In this document: one piece after another, positions 9,906-18,904 of the stretch
How the letters are laid out: each line of letters starts with the position of its first letter
Numbering within the stretch: position 1 is the first letter of the stretch
Origin: Deltaproteobacteria bacterium
Lineage (GTDB): Bacteria; Desulfobacterota; Binatia; HRBIN30
Direction: 5' to 3'
NCBI GenBank assembly: GCA_017860575.1
Contig: JAGDMS010000003.1
Span: 1-48,042, forward strand
Length of the DNA stretch: 48,042 bases
Made by a program: the position numbers and the translations under genes
The notes under the pieces: generated by a model
Told to the model about the DNA's origin: nothing
The model's database searches: none
What the model saw: the letters and a program-made list of their open reading frames with translations, nothing else

Positions 9906-11983
9906 TCCCAACCATCGAATCGCTGCGCCACGCCGAGATCCTCTCGCCACTCGACGCGCACTTCGCCTGCGCGATCGGACGCATCGCCGGCGAGCCCCGG
10001 CCGGAGGTGTTGCTGGCGGCGGCGCTGGTCAGCCGCCATGTCAGCAACGGACACGTCTGCCTCGACCTCGCACAGGTCACGGAGCGCGACGGGTTGGTGG
10101 ACGAAGGCGGTGAACGGCTCGACGTCACTTGGCCGCCGCTGGGGCAGTGGCTCGACGCGCTGCGCTCGAGCCCGATGGTCAGCAGCGGCACGGCACCGGC
10201 GCCGATGGTTCTGGATACTGCGGGCCGGCTGTATCTACGGCGCTACTGGGCGCATCAGGAGGGCCTGGCTGCCGCGATTCGTGCCCGGGCGATCCAGGTG
10301 GACTCGGCAATCGACGGCGCGTGGCTGCGGCGGACCCTCGACCGCCTCTTTCCCCGCGACAGTGGGGTTTTCGACATGCCCGGCCATCGTGCGTCGACAG
10401 GCTCAGCACGAGCGGAGAGATCATTACTTTCAAAGGAGAATTCCGCTCACCCTGAGCCTGTCGAAGGGTGTGGTTTCGATTTATCGACAGTCCCTGCTGC
10501 TGCGGATAAAGCCGAGCCGGACTGGCAGCGGGTTGCCGCGTTGCTGGCGGCGCAGCGGCGGTTCTGCGTCATCTCCGGCGGGCCCGGGACCGGCAAGACC
10601 TACACCGTGGTGAAGATTCTCGCGCTGCTGGTGGAACAGCAGCAGGCACGCCGGCCGGACACGCCGCTGCGCGTGATCCTGGTGGCGCCCACGGGCAAGG
10701 CGGCCGCACGTCTGGCGGAGTCGATCCAACGGGCGAAGGCAACGCTACCGTGCTCCGCGGAGGTGCTGCGGGCCATTCCGGAGGACGCGAAGACGATCCA
10801 CCGCTGCCTCGGTTCCAAGGGTGGCAGCTCGACGGACTTTCGCCACAACGCCGACAATCCGTTGCTGGCCGACATCGTCCTGGTCGACGAAGCCTCGATG
10901 GTGGATCTGGCGCTCATGCGCCGCCTGGTGGCCGCCGTGCCGCCGGCAGCACGGCTGATTCTGCTTGGCGACAAAGACCAACTCGCGTCGGTGGAGGCGG
11001 GCGCCGTGCTGGGTGACATCTGCAACACCGGCGCGCCGCGAAGCTACTCGCGACCGCTGGTGGCGGAAATCAAGGAAAGCAGTGGGGACCGCCTGCCGTT
11101 GGAAACGAGCGCGCCGGCCACGACCGGCATCTGGGACTGCATGGTGCAACTGAGGCGCAGCTACCGATACGGTCCGCACAGCGGGATCGGGCAACTGGCG
11201 CGGGCCATCAACGACGGCGACACCGCCGCGGCTCTCGACATTCTCGCCTCGGACCGGTACCCGGACGTGAGCCTGGTCGAAACGTCCACCGGTCCAAACC
11301 TCTCGCACGCCCTCGAGGCATCCGTTATCGCAGGCTTCGATGGCTATCTGCGCCTGCACGCGCCCGAGGAGCAGTTGCACGCCCTCGAACATTTCCGCGT
11401 GCTGTGCGCGCATCGTCGCGGTCCGTGCGGGGTCGAGGTCGTGAACCGTCAGATTGAGGACATTCTCGCCACCGCCGGACGGATTCAGCCGGAGGGACAG
11501 TACTACATCGGGCGGCCGATCATCGTCAGCCGCAACGATTACCAGCTGAATCTGTTCAACGGCGATGTCGGCCTGCTGCTGGATGCCGACGGGAAAAAAG
11601 AGGACAGTCCCCCTAACAAGGGGACTGTCCCCGGCAACGGGCCGGAAGGCACGCACCCGCGAGCGGAGGCCGGTCACCGCACCGCGGTCTTCCTCGGCAC
11701 CGGCGGCACGTTGCGCCGGCTTTCTCCGTCGCGGCTGCCACCGCACGAAACCGTGTACGCTATGAGCGTACACAAGAGCCAGGGCTCGGAGTTCGACGAG
11801 GTGGCGGTCCTGCTGCCGCCACGCCCATCGCCGGTGATATCACGCGAGCTGCTCTACACCGCCGTGACCCGGGCCCGCCACCGCGTCACCATCCACGCCA
11901 GCCGGGAGGTCGTCGAGCACACCATCACCCACCGCATCGACCGCGCCTCCGGCCTCCGGGATGCATTGTGGGGCGAAGGGTGA
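9902..11983 (+). CDS. recD: Exodeoxyribonuclease V alpha subunit
   Basis: YLRRYW, DWQ, Walker A GGPGTGKT, APTGKAAARL, TIHR, VDEASMVD, GDKDQLASVEAG, NGDVG, AMSVHKSQGSEF, LLYTAVTRA; ATGA overlap with recB. Confidence 0.96.
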   Translation: MIPTIESLRHAEILSPLDAHFACAIGRIAGEPRPEVLLAAALVSRHVSNGHVCLDLAQVTERDGLVDEGGERLDVTWPPLGQWLDALRSSPMVSSGTAPAPMVLDTAGRLYLRRYWAHQEGLAAAIRARAIQVDSAIDGAWLRRTLDRLFPRDSGVFDMPGHRASTGSARAERSLLSKENSAHPEPVEGCGFDLSTVPAAADKAEPDWQRVAALLAAQRRFCVISGGPGTGKTYTVVKILALLVEQQQARRPDTPLRVILVAPTGKAAARLAESIQRAKATLPCSAEVLRAIPEDAKTIHRCLGSKGGSSTDFRHNADNPLLADIVLVDEASMVDLALMRRLVAAVPPAARLILLGDKDQLASVEAGAVLGDICNTGAPRSYSRPLVAEIKESSGDRLPLETSAPATTGIWDCMVQLRRSYRYGPHSGIGQLARAINDGDTAAALDILASDRYPDVSLVETSTGPNLSHALEASVIAGFDGYLRLHAPEEQLHALEHFRVLCAHRRGPCGVEVVNRQIEDILATAGRIQPEGQYYIGRPIIVSRNDYQLNLFNGDVGLLLDADGKKEDSPPNKGTVPGNGPEGTHPRAEAGHRTAVFLGTGGTLRRLSPSRLPPHETVYAMSVHKSQGSEFDEVAVLLPPRPSPVISRELLYTAVTRARHRVTIHASREVVEHTITHRIDRASGLRDALWGEG
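10364..10494. mobile_element. Second copy of the ~132-bp hairpin mini-element, in frame in recD
   Basis: Perfect IR TCGACAGGCTCAG (10394-10406) / CTGAGCCTGTCGA (10452-10464) plus GAGCGGA/TCCGCTC; degenerate outer IR; encodes STGSARAE...SAHPEPVEG. Confidence 0.8.
11602..11630. repeat. REP-like palindrome within recD
   Basis: Perfect 11-bp IR GGACAGTCCCC-ctaacaa-GGGGACTGTCC inside an apparently inserted peptide (KKEDSPPNKGTVP). Confidence 0.7.
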
Positions 11984-12075
11984 ACGGGAACGAAAAGGCG
12001 GCACTTCATCCCTCGGCCGAGCCCTTACCCCAGCCCGCACCCAAATCCCCCGGAGATTGGGCAGGGGCTTGGGGC

Positions 12076-13347
12076 TTACGCTTCGTCGGGAACCCCGTAC
12101 CGTTGCTGGTACCGCCTGAACAGGGGCCGGCTCTTCGCGACTTGCGCGGGATCCATGCGCCTGTAGTCGTGTGCCCCGTGTTTTCCCTTGGGCTTGAACT
12201 CGAGGTAACGGCGTACGCGTACGCCGACCGCTTCATCGTACGGGATCCCGAGCGTGCGGTAGATCTTCTCGACGGCGGCAACCGAGTCGTCCATCAGATC
12301 CTGATAGCGCGAGTCCACAATCTGGTTCGACGGGACAAGGCCTTTGTCCCGGAGTTCCATGACCGCTTCCAAGCGCTGGGCGGTGGGCTCGGCCACCGTG
12401 ATTTCCTCGAATCCCGGCGCGTCGAAGTCCCGGTCGCTCCGCTGCCAGTAGAACGTCCGCAGGAGATTGGTGACCGAGGCCATACTGCGCAGCGGATCGC
12501 GGTGCGTGTGGATGATGCGCGCGTCTGGGTACACCGTGAACAGCTCGGGGAGATGGCCGAGATGGTACAGGGTTTTGCCGAACCATTGCTTGCGCGGCGC
12601 CCGCCACTGCAACACCTGCAGGAAGAGCTTGTGATAGCGGTAGAGCGGGACCGCATCGACGCTGTTCACGTACGCGTGGTAGCTGGGGATCTGGTAGAAG
12701 GACATGATGTGGTCGCTGACCAACGTATAGGCCAGCACCGTAGCGTCTTCGGCCGGGAGATGCCCGGCGGTTTCGTGCAGCGCCTGGATCTCAGGGGTAA
12801 CCCGGATCCACTGCGTGATCAGTGCGTCGCCGTTCGCCATGGCCCGTTGATCCTGGCCGCCGGAGAGCGCCGACTCGACCGGATAGATCGTCTCCCAGAA
12901 GAGCGGTGTCCGGAGGTTCGGATCTTGCCAGAGGACTTCCTGCAGAATCGAGGTGCCGGTGCGCGGCAGTCCGGTGATGAACACCGGCCGCTCGATGGGC
13001 ACGTCACGAATCTCCGGATTTCGCTTCACCAGAGCGACGATCTTCAACCGGTTCTCGAGCCAGATGAGCAGTTCGCTGCGGGTGCAGAGTCGGCCCATCA
13101 AGTTGAGATCGGCTTCCTCCTCCAGCGCCCTGAGCAGGACGCGCAACGGTTCCTGCCAATCGTCGGCGCCGAAATCATCGAGGCCGGTCGCCCGGCGGGC
13201 GGTGTCCAGCAGGGACGCCTCGTCCAGCGGCACCACGTCGGCCAACATGTCCGCCGCCGCCCAGATCCGGCCCTCCTCGTTGACGGCGCGCACCCATTCG
13301 GGCCGCGGCAAGGGTCTTTTCGGATCAACGAACTCCTGCGGCATCAC
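12076..13347 (-). CDS. Sulfotransferase family protein
   Basis: 5'-PSB loop PVFITGLPRTGTSIL; IIHTHRDPLRSMAS 3'-PB motif; YQDLMDD. Confidence 0.92.
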   Translation of the reverse strand: MMPQEFVDPKRPLPRPEWVRAVNEEGRIWAAADMLADVVPLDEASLLDTARRATGLDDFGADDWQEPLRVLLRALEEEADLNLMGRLCTRSELLIWLENRLKIVALVKRNPEIRDVPIERPVFITGLPRTGTSILQEVLWQDPNLRTPLFWETIYPVESALSGGQDQRAMANGDALITQWIRVTPEIQALHETAGHLPAEDATVLAYTLVSDHIMSFYQIPSYHAYVNSVDAVPLYRYHKLFLQVLQWRAPRKQWFGKTLYHLGHLPELFTVYPDARIIHTHRDPLRSMASVTNLLRTFYWQRSDRDFDAPGFEEITVAEPTAQRLEAVMELRDKGLVPSNQIVDSRYQDLMDDSVAAVEKIYRTLGIPYDEAVGVRVRRYLEFKPKGKHGAHDYRRMDPAQVAKSRPLFRRYQQRYGVPDEA

Positions 13348-13377
13348 TTGCGCTCCGACTCCGTTCCGTGTCCACCG

Positions 13378-14598
13378 TTAGTATCCGTAGCGACGCAGCG
13401 CGCTTTCGCGGCGCTCGCGCAGATGCCGTGCCCTGTCGTCCGCACTGACCCGGCAGGTCTCTGGCGGCAGATGGTCGAAGAGCCGGGACAGCTTCACCTT
13501 GGTGGTGGCGGGGACGGGATAGCGGTCCGTGAAATACCACCGTAGCAAGGCCACTCCCCTGCGGTTGCCGACAGTGTCCAGCCAGTTGGCCACGCCCGGA
13601 TCGCGCGCGGCAATCACGATGCGCGCTTTGCCGTCCGGATCCAGTAGCGTTTGATGCCCATTGAGGCTGCTTTGATGGTACACGAAGTCGGCAACCTGGA
13701 ACCACACGTCGCCGAGGTGGATGCTCCAGTACCGTGCCCGGGGCACTTCGAACTCGACGATCAGCGCCTCGTCGGCGTCGAGGTCAAAGACGGCCGGAAT
13801 GTACCCCGCCGAGGGGTTGGCCGCAGCTTCGTTCTTGCTCGTGTCGACGAGCAAGAAACGATTCACGCCAACCGCGTTCATCACATTCATCGTCAGCTGC
13901 CCGGAGAAGGTCTTGTGGCAGAACCAGATCATGCGCAGCGCCGCATCCATGCGGCGCAACAGTTCCGCCTCATCCACGACATCGGCTCCCGAAGAGGGAT
14001 TGTCCACCGCCTCGATGCGCAAGTCCGACGCCTCTTCGCGGCCCCAGTCGTAGAACGCCTCGCGCACCAGAAGCGTATTCTTGTTGGTTGCCGGGTCCGT
14101 CGTGATCCAATCCGGCATGCCCGGCTGGGGCTGCGGCCCGACCATCACCTCGAAGGTCCCATCGGCGGCAATGGCAAACTTGTCGAAGTCATAGGTCTCG
14201 CGCATCCTCATTGCGGGATCGCCCCAGAAGCCGCTGATCACCTGCAGTTCCAGGAAGCGCGCATTACGGCGTGTGCCGCGGATGCGGAAGGTCCTGGCCC
14301 CATCGACAAACGCGTAGCGATACAAGAAATCCGCATTGGGCAGCAGCCACGTGTAGTAACTCGGCTCGAAAACGGTGTGGACCAGGAATCGAGGCCGACC
14401 CGTGTCGGGAGCGATCACCAGATTGAAGGCCGCAGCTTGAGCTTGCAGGAGCCAGTACTGAGCCTTCACCTGATCGGCAGGGTCTCTTGCCAGGTCGGCG
14501 CTGAAGAGTTCGGTTCGCAATTCGGCGAGGCCGTCGCAATACGCCTTCCACGCGGCCGCCAGTGCCGGAGACTGATGCAGAGAGCTTTCGCCGGTCAT
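13378..14598 (-). CDS. DUF1214-domain protein
   Basis: PNADFLYRYAFVD, DEALIVEF, YWSIHL, SSLNGHQ, DPDGKARIVIAARDPGVANWLDT..LLRW; AAGGAGG RBS. Confidence 0.85.
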   Translation of the reverse strand: MTGESSLHQSPALAAAWKAYCDGLAELRTELFSADLARDPADQVKAQYWLLQAQAAAFNLVIAPDTGRPRFLVHTVFEPSYYTWLLPNADFLYRYAFVDGARTFRIRGTRRNARFLELQVISGFWGDPAMRMRETYDFDKFAIAADGTFEVMVGPQPQPGMPDWITTDPATNKNTLLVREAFYDWGREEASDLRIEAVDNPSSGADVVDEAELLRRMDAALRMIWFCHKTFSGQLTMNVMNAVGVNRFLLVDTSKNEAAANPSAGYIPAVFDLDADEALIVEFEVPRARYWSIHLGDVWFQVADFVYHQSSLNGHQTLLDPDGKARIVIAARDPGVANWLDTVGNRRGVALLRWYFTDRYPVPATTKVKLSRLFDHLPPETCRVSADDRARHLRERRESALRRYGY

Positions 14599-14763
14599 CC
14601 GTTACCCTCCTTAAATTGACGCGTGCTGCCAACACGGCGCTTGCGGACGCCGGGAGCGCAAACCATAGGCCTCTCCACAGAACTCCCATCCCTTGCCCAT
14701 CTCGGAGCTGGGGCTCGGGCTGGAGCGTGCATGCCCACGACGTACCTTCCCCGGCCTGCCTCG

Positions 14764-15789
14764 CTACTCTCGGCCAGCGCTCGCCGGATCGAGGTACGGA
14801 AACGGCGTGGGGGGAATGCCGTGTTTGGCACAACCCGGCGCAACGCAGTTCTCGACGAAGCCGATGCCGCGCTGGGTTCCGAGAGTGAAACGCGTGTGCT
14901 GCTCGAACCACAGCGCCGTGGTGTCGGCTTGTGCCATCGCCTGGGGGTCGGTCTCCGACCAGTAATTGGGCATCATGGCCATTGGAATACTGCCGATCTC
15001 CTCCCCTTCCAGTTGCAGCACCTCGCCATTCGCCATGGTCAGCTGGACATGCCGCGCCTTGACCCGCTTGGCACTCCCGGGATGCAACTCCAATTCGTGC
15101 GCCACCTTGACGACCGGGGTCACCTCCCCGCGTTCGGTCGTGAGGGCCCCGTCCACGTAGAGCGGGTTGCCGTCCTGATCTTCGAAGAGCCAGGTGTTGA
15201 TCGAGAAGTCGGCGAACTGCGCGGTCGTCCAGTGATACATCGGCAGATGGTGCCAATTGCGCACGCCCCACGACCGATTCTTCATGCCGACAAAATCGTG
15301 GTACTCACGGCCCCCCACACGCAGGCTCCCGTGCAGGTGTCCCGACTGGGTGTAGTGCCGTTGGTCGATGGCTTTGGCGTACTGGCCCGGAAGCAGCGTG
15401 TGCTTGAAAGCATAGGCCGGACAGCGCGCGGTGAAGTCGACACCGATCGTGATGTCGTTCGCCGCATCGCGCAGGTCGAGCCGCCAGTGTTTCATCGGCT
15501 CAACGCACGCGAAACGAAAGCCCTCCGCCTGCAGCACCGGCCCCGGCTCGTCTTCCCACCGTTGCACGGCGGCGCCGCGGTAATGTTCGGTACCGTGTCG
15601 CAGGAACAATGTCGCCCGCTGCAACGGTCGGTTCGGGAACACCTCGAAGCCACAGAACACGCCGACCTCGCCGGCCGCATCACTGAAGAAGAAGTAGAGC
15701 GCGTGATCCCAGTCCGGGGCCTCCGAGGCCAGTTCTCCGACGAGCTTCTGCGTCTGGTGGATGAAGTATTCGTTCATGCGCGCCAGCAT
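14764..15789 (-). CDS. Uncharacterised beta-barrel protein (tocopherol-cyclase/lipocalin-like, DUF7064/7065-like)
   Basis: GGGAGG RBS before ATG 15789; EYFIHQ, YFF, CVEPMKHWRL, HYTQSG, KNRSWGVR motifs. Confidence 0.65.
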   Translation of the reverse strand: MLARMNEYFIHQTQKLVGELASEAPDWDHALYFFFSDAAGEVGVFCGFEVFPNRPLQRATLFLRHGTEHYRGAAVQRWEDEPGPVLQAEGFRFACVEPMKHWRLDLRDAANDITIGVDFTARCPAYAFKHTLLPGQYAKAIDQRHYTQSGHLHGSLRVGGREYHDFVGMKNRSWGVRNWHHLPMYHWTTAQFADFSINTWLFEDQDGNPLYVDGALTTERGEVTPVVKVAHELELHPGSAKRVKARHVQLTMANGEVLQLEGEEIGSIPMAMMPNYWSETDPQAMAQADTTALWFEQHTRFTLGTQRGIGFVENCVAPGCAKHGIPPTPFPYLDPASAGRE

Positions 15790-15832
15790 GGTCGCCTCCC
15801 TGTGTCGGGCATTGGTTTGCCGTGATGCCGCC

Positions 15833-15861
15833 ATTAATCAGCGGCAGGCACCTCGGGTCAA
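15833..15861 (-). promoter_or_regulatory. Putative sigma70-type promoter for the sulfotransferase operon
   Basis: Minus strand TTGACC-17 nt-ATTAAT, preceded by an A-run. Confidence 0.4.
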
Positions 15862-15944
15862 GGGCTTTTTGTCAGGGCGTTGCGCCGTAGGGTGGTAGCG
15901 ATCCGCGCAGGGATCACCGGCAGAAGGAGGGCAAAGAGGTGAGA

Positions 15945-15980
15945 GCAACGGATGACGGGGACGCGGTCGTCATCCGTTGC
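15945..15980 (-). terminator. Stem-loop downstream of the RRM gene
   Basis: 13-bp perfect stem GCAACGGATGACG / CGTCATCCGTTGC; weak U-tract. Confidence 0.6.
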
Positions 15981-15992
15981 CGACAGATGACA

Positions 15993-16328
15993 CTAATAGC
16001 GCCGATTCCAGCCGCCGCGGCCACCACCACCGCCGCCGCCACCGCCGCCACGGCCGCCACGACCGCCACCGCCGCCGCCCTCGCGCTCGCGCGCTTCGTT
16101 GACCTTGAGCGCGCGGCCCTTCAACTCCTGGCCATCGAATTGCTGGATGGCCTTCTGCGCATCGGCATTCGAACTCATCTCGACGAACCCGAAGCCGCGC
16201 GATTGGCCGGTCGCCCGATCGGTGATCACGGACACCGACTCACAGGCGCCCGCTTGCGCGAACAGTTCTTCGAGATCCTTCGTGGTCACGTCGAAGCTGA
16301 GATTCCCGACGTACAGTTTCTTGCCCAT
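15993..16328 (-). CDS. RRM RNA-binding protein with Gly/Arg-rich tail
   Basis: RNP2 KLYVGNL, RNP1 RGFGFVEM, LKVNEAR, GGGRGG tail; GAGGAGGAG RBS. Confidence 0.95.
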   Translation of the reverse strand: MGKKLYVGNLSFDVTTKDLEELFAQAGACESVSVITDRATGQSRGFGFVEMSSNADAQKAIQQFDGQELKGRALKVNEAREREGGGGGGRGGRGGGGGGGGGGRGGWNRRY

Positions 16329-16609
16329 TGGCACTTCTCCTCCTCTTCGGGCCGCCGCCGCGGCCAGGTCGCCGTCGATCTAACTGAATGTGCGTGCGGG
16401 AGGCGTACCAGACGCCGGGAACAGGCGGATTCTCGCCCAAACAATCAGTAGCGCAATTACGCTAGCAGCGCCGATCCCGGCACACAACGGGGGGCGCGCT
16501 GCAAGAAGACCGGTCCCGGCTGCCGCGGCGGGCGCCGCGTATGGCCTTGCCCGCACCAGCCAAGCATGCCAGAAGCTGCAAGCGCGTATAGTGGCGCGAT
16601 CACAAACGG

Positions 16610-18655
16610 ATGATGCACGGCGGAGGTACACCGGAGGCTCCGGTTCCTGGCGCAGCCCCCCCTGCGGGCGGCGTCGTGGTGCGGAACGGCACCTGGCTCA
16701 TCCTCGGTGTCGGATTGGCTTCCCTAGCCCAGCTCGCAAAGATAACGCAGATGTTTCTGCCAGCGGTTTGCTGGCTCGACCTCACGGCGGCCATCGTTCT
16801 TGCGGTCGTGTTGCCGCAGGCCGTTTCGGTCACCGACGAGTTTAGCGGTGCGCCGATCCGGCCGGCTCCAGGCTCGCGCGCGCGCCGCCTCGGCACCGCC
16901 CTCGCGGCGCTCGGCAGCGCGCTTGCTGCCGCCTGTTCCGTTTGGTTGGTCGTCGACTGGAACGGTGCCCTGCTCCGGGTCTTCCTTCTGGGGCCGGTGG
17001 CACTGACCACGCTTGCCCTGGGGCTCGATCTGCACGCGGGCTATGCTCCTCGATGGCGCAGCGGGCTGGGCACGCTCCTCGCCGCGGCGCGTAACCGCGA
17101 AGTGCAAGCGGTGGCGGCGATTGTGGTCGTGGGCCTGTACTTCCGGTTTGGCAGCATCGGCTATTTCCCGCCCGTCGACGGCTTTGCGTCGATCGAGGAA
17201 ACGCAGCGCGGGACGGGGGCGCGCCTCATTCTGGAGCAGGGCGCCCGACCCTGGGAATGGCCGCTGTCCCAGTACGTTGCCGCGGCGGCGTTTTCCGTCT
17301 TCGGGTTCACCATCCACGCCCTCCGGGTACCGACCACGTTGCTCGGCTGTCTGGCCCTCGCTCCCTTTTACCTGCTGGTGCGCGAGCTAGCCGCAGCGCC
17401 GGCGGCGCTCTTCGCCACCGCCCTGCTCGCCGTGGCGCGCTGGCACGTGCAAGTGAGCTGGTACAACGAGGATGTCTACGTTCCGCTGTTCTTTTTCGTC
17501 ACGGTCCTCTACCTGCTGATCCGCACACGCCGCCAGCCGCGCCCTTTGTGCACGGTGATCCTCGGTGCGTGTTGCGGCTACACGCTGTACGATTACGCCG
17601 GTTTTCGTGTCACGCCGGTCCTGGCGCTGGTCTTCTTGGCTAGCGGGGTGCTGCACCGGGGCCACCGGCGGACCGCATGGTTCCACCTCGTTCTGGCAAG
17701 CGCGGTCATAGCGTTGTTTGCCATCCCGCTGATGGGCCGGTTGGCGCATCAGGGCCCCGAGGCGTACGTCGAAGCCTTTCGTCGTTCGCTCGCCAACAAG
17801 GACTATTACACCAGCGATGCGCACCGTTTCCTGTGGCAGCGCGTCGAGCGCATCGGTGCCGCCGCCGACATGTTCACTTTCTCGGATCGCGGCGCCTTTT
17901 TGGAAACCCTCAACACGCGGCAGGCGCCGCTGCTCGACCCGTGTACCAGCGTCGCCTTCGTCGTGGGCTTCGGCACGACGCTTCTTCACATGCGGCGGCG
18001 GCATCACGCCTTCTTCTCCCTGGCCTTCCTGTTCCTCGTGCTGGCGTCGACCACCGTTGTCCAGAACCTGGACTTCCGGCGGCTATCGATCCTGGTCCCG
18101 TTCGTCTTCGTGTTCATCGCGCTGTTCGCCAGCAAGATCGACGGCTGGGCCGCCGGTGCGGGCCGTGGGCGGGCCGTGCGGGTGGCGTTTGCGCTCGTGG
18201 CAGTGCTGGCGGGAGCGTACAATTATGTTTTCCTGTTTCACGTGCTCGCCGTCGATCACAAGGTGCGCGGGTTTCACCGCGACGAGTACAGCACCCCGGC
18301 GTTCTATCTGCAGCAGCACTATCGTAACGAGTGGGTGGTGCTGGTGACCCCGATGGTGGAGAACTTCTTTCTCCCCAACGACTACGACTGGATCAAGCCG
18401 CCCGGGTTGCAGGGCGATTTCGCCCTGCGCCCGGAGGCGGTGCTGCCAATCGAGCACACACCGCCAGCCGGCCGCGACGTGTTGCTGCTCATCGAGCGCC
18501 CCTTCCAGCTCGAGGGGCTCATGGCGCAGGTGCCCGCGATGTACCCAGGCGCGTCGTGCGAGCTGCGCCGGGATCCCGACGACAGCCGCTGGGACCTTGG
18601 GGTCTGCCGCATCCCCGCGGCGGCTGTCGGCCAGGGGAAGGCAACGGAGGGATGA
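16610..18655 (+). CDS. GT-C (family 39/ArnT-PMT-like) membrane glycosyltransferase
   Basis: More than 12 TM segments; EE loop motif, HALRVPT, ALFATALLAVARWHV..S; periplasmic C-terminal domain; start uncertain. Confidence 0.7.
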   Translation: MMHGGGTPEAPVPGAAPPAGGVVVRNGTWLILGVGLASLAQLAKITQMFLPAVCWLDLTAAIVLAVVLPQAVSVTDEFSGAPIRPAPGSRARRLGTALAALGSALAAACSVWLVVDWNGALLRVFLLGPVALTTLALGLDLHAGYAPRWRSGLGTLLAAARNREVQAVAAIVVVGLYFRFGSIGYFPPVDGFASIEETQRGTGARLILEQGARPWEWPLSQYVAAAAFSVFGFTIHALRVPTTLLGCLALAPFYLLVRELAAAPAALFATALLAVARWHVQVSWYNEDVYVPLFFFVTVLYLLIRTRRQPRPLCTVILGACCGYTLYDYAGFRVTPVLALVFLASGVLHRGHRRTAWFHLVLASAVIALFAIPLMGRLAHQGPEAYVEAFRRSLANKDYYTSDAHRFLWQRVERIGAAADMFTFSDRGAFLETLNTRQAPLLDPCTSVAFVVGFGTTLLHMRRRHHAFFSLAFLFLVLASTTVVQNLDFRRLSILVPFVFVFIALFASKIDGWAAGAGRGRAVRVAFALVAVLAGAYNYVFLFHVLAVDHKVRGFHRDEYSTPAFYLQQHYRNEWVVLVTPMVENFFLPNDYDWIKPPGLQGDFALRPEAVLPIEHTPPAGRDVLLLIERPFQLEGLMAQVPAMYPGASCELRRDPDDSRWDLGVCRIPAAAVGQGKATEG

Positions 18656-18875
18656 ATCTGACGCCACGGTTCCAGCAGGCGTTGCAATTTGGCGCCGAAC
18701 GGCACCCTGGCTACGTGCGCAAGGGAACGGACATCGCCTGGGTCTCCCACCTGATCGCGGTTGCAACGCTCTGGTACTACCGCGCCTTGGTGAACGCCTT
18801 TCGCTCCGCCGGTTCCACCCCGATGATCGACGAGCTGGACGGCGTCGTGTCGGAACTCGAACCTCTCGCCGGGGA
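18652..18875 (+). pseudogene. HD-domain (Mesh1/small alarmone hydrolase-like) remnant with the catalytic core deleted
   Basis: MNLTPRFQQALQF..ERH..VRKGTDIAWVSHLIAVA is fused directly to the C-terminal TLWYYRALVNAF...IDELDGVVSELE; no HD motif; no proper stop; ATGA overlap with the upstream gene. Confidence 0.75.
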
Positions 18876-18904
18876 GCGCTGCCCCACCGCCGCATACGGG
18901 CGCC

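Noticed and set aside
8598-11680. Inteins in RecB/RecD
   Set aside because: Inserts are 44 aa or shorter, lack C/S...HN splicing termini, and are conserved as DNA palindromes
12020-12076. Terminator between convergent recD and the sulfotransferase gene
   Set aside because: Only an imperfect GC-rich stem with no U-tract; too weak to call
16005-16085. (CCG/CCA)n microsatellite
   Set aside because: Encodes the Gly-rich tail of the RRM protein
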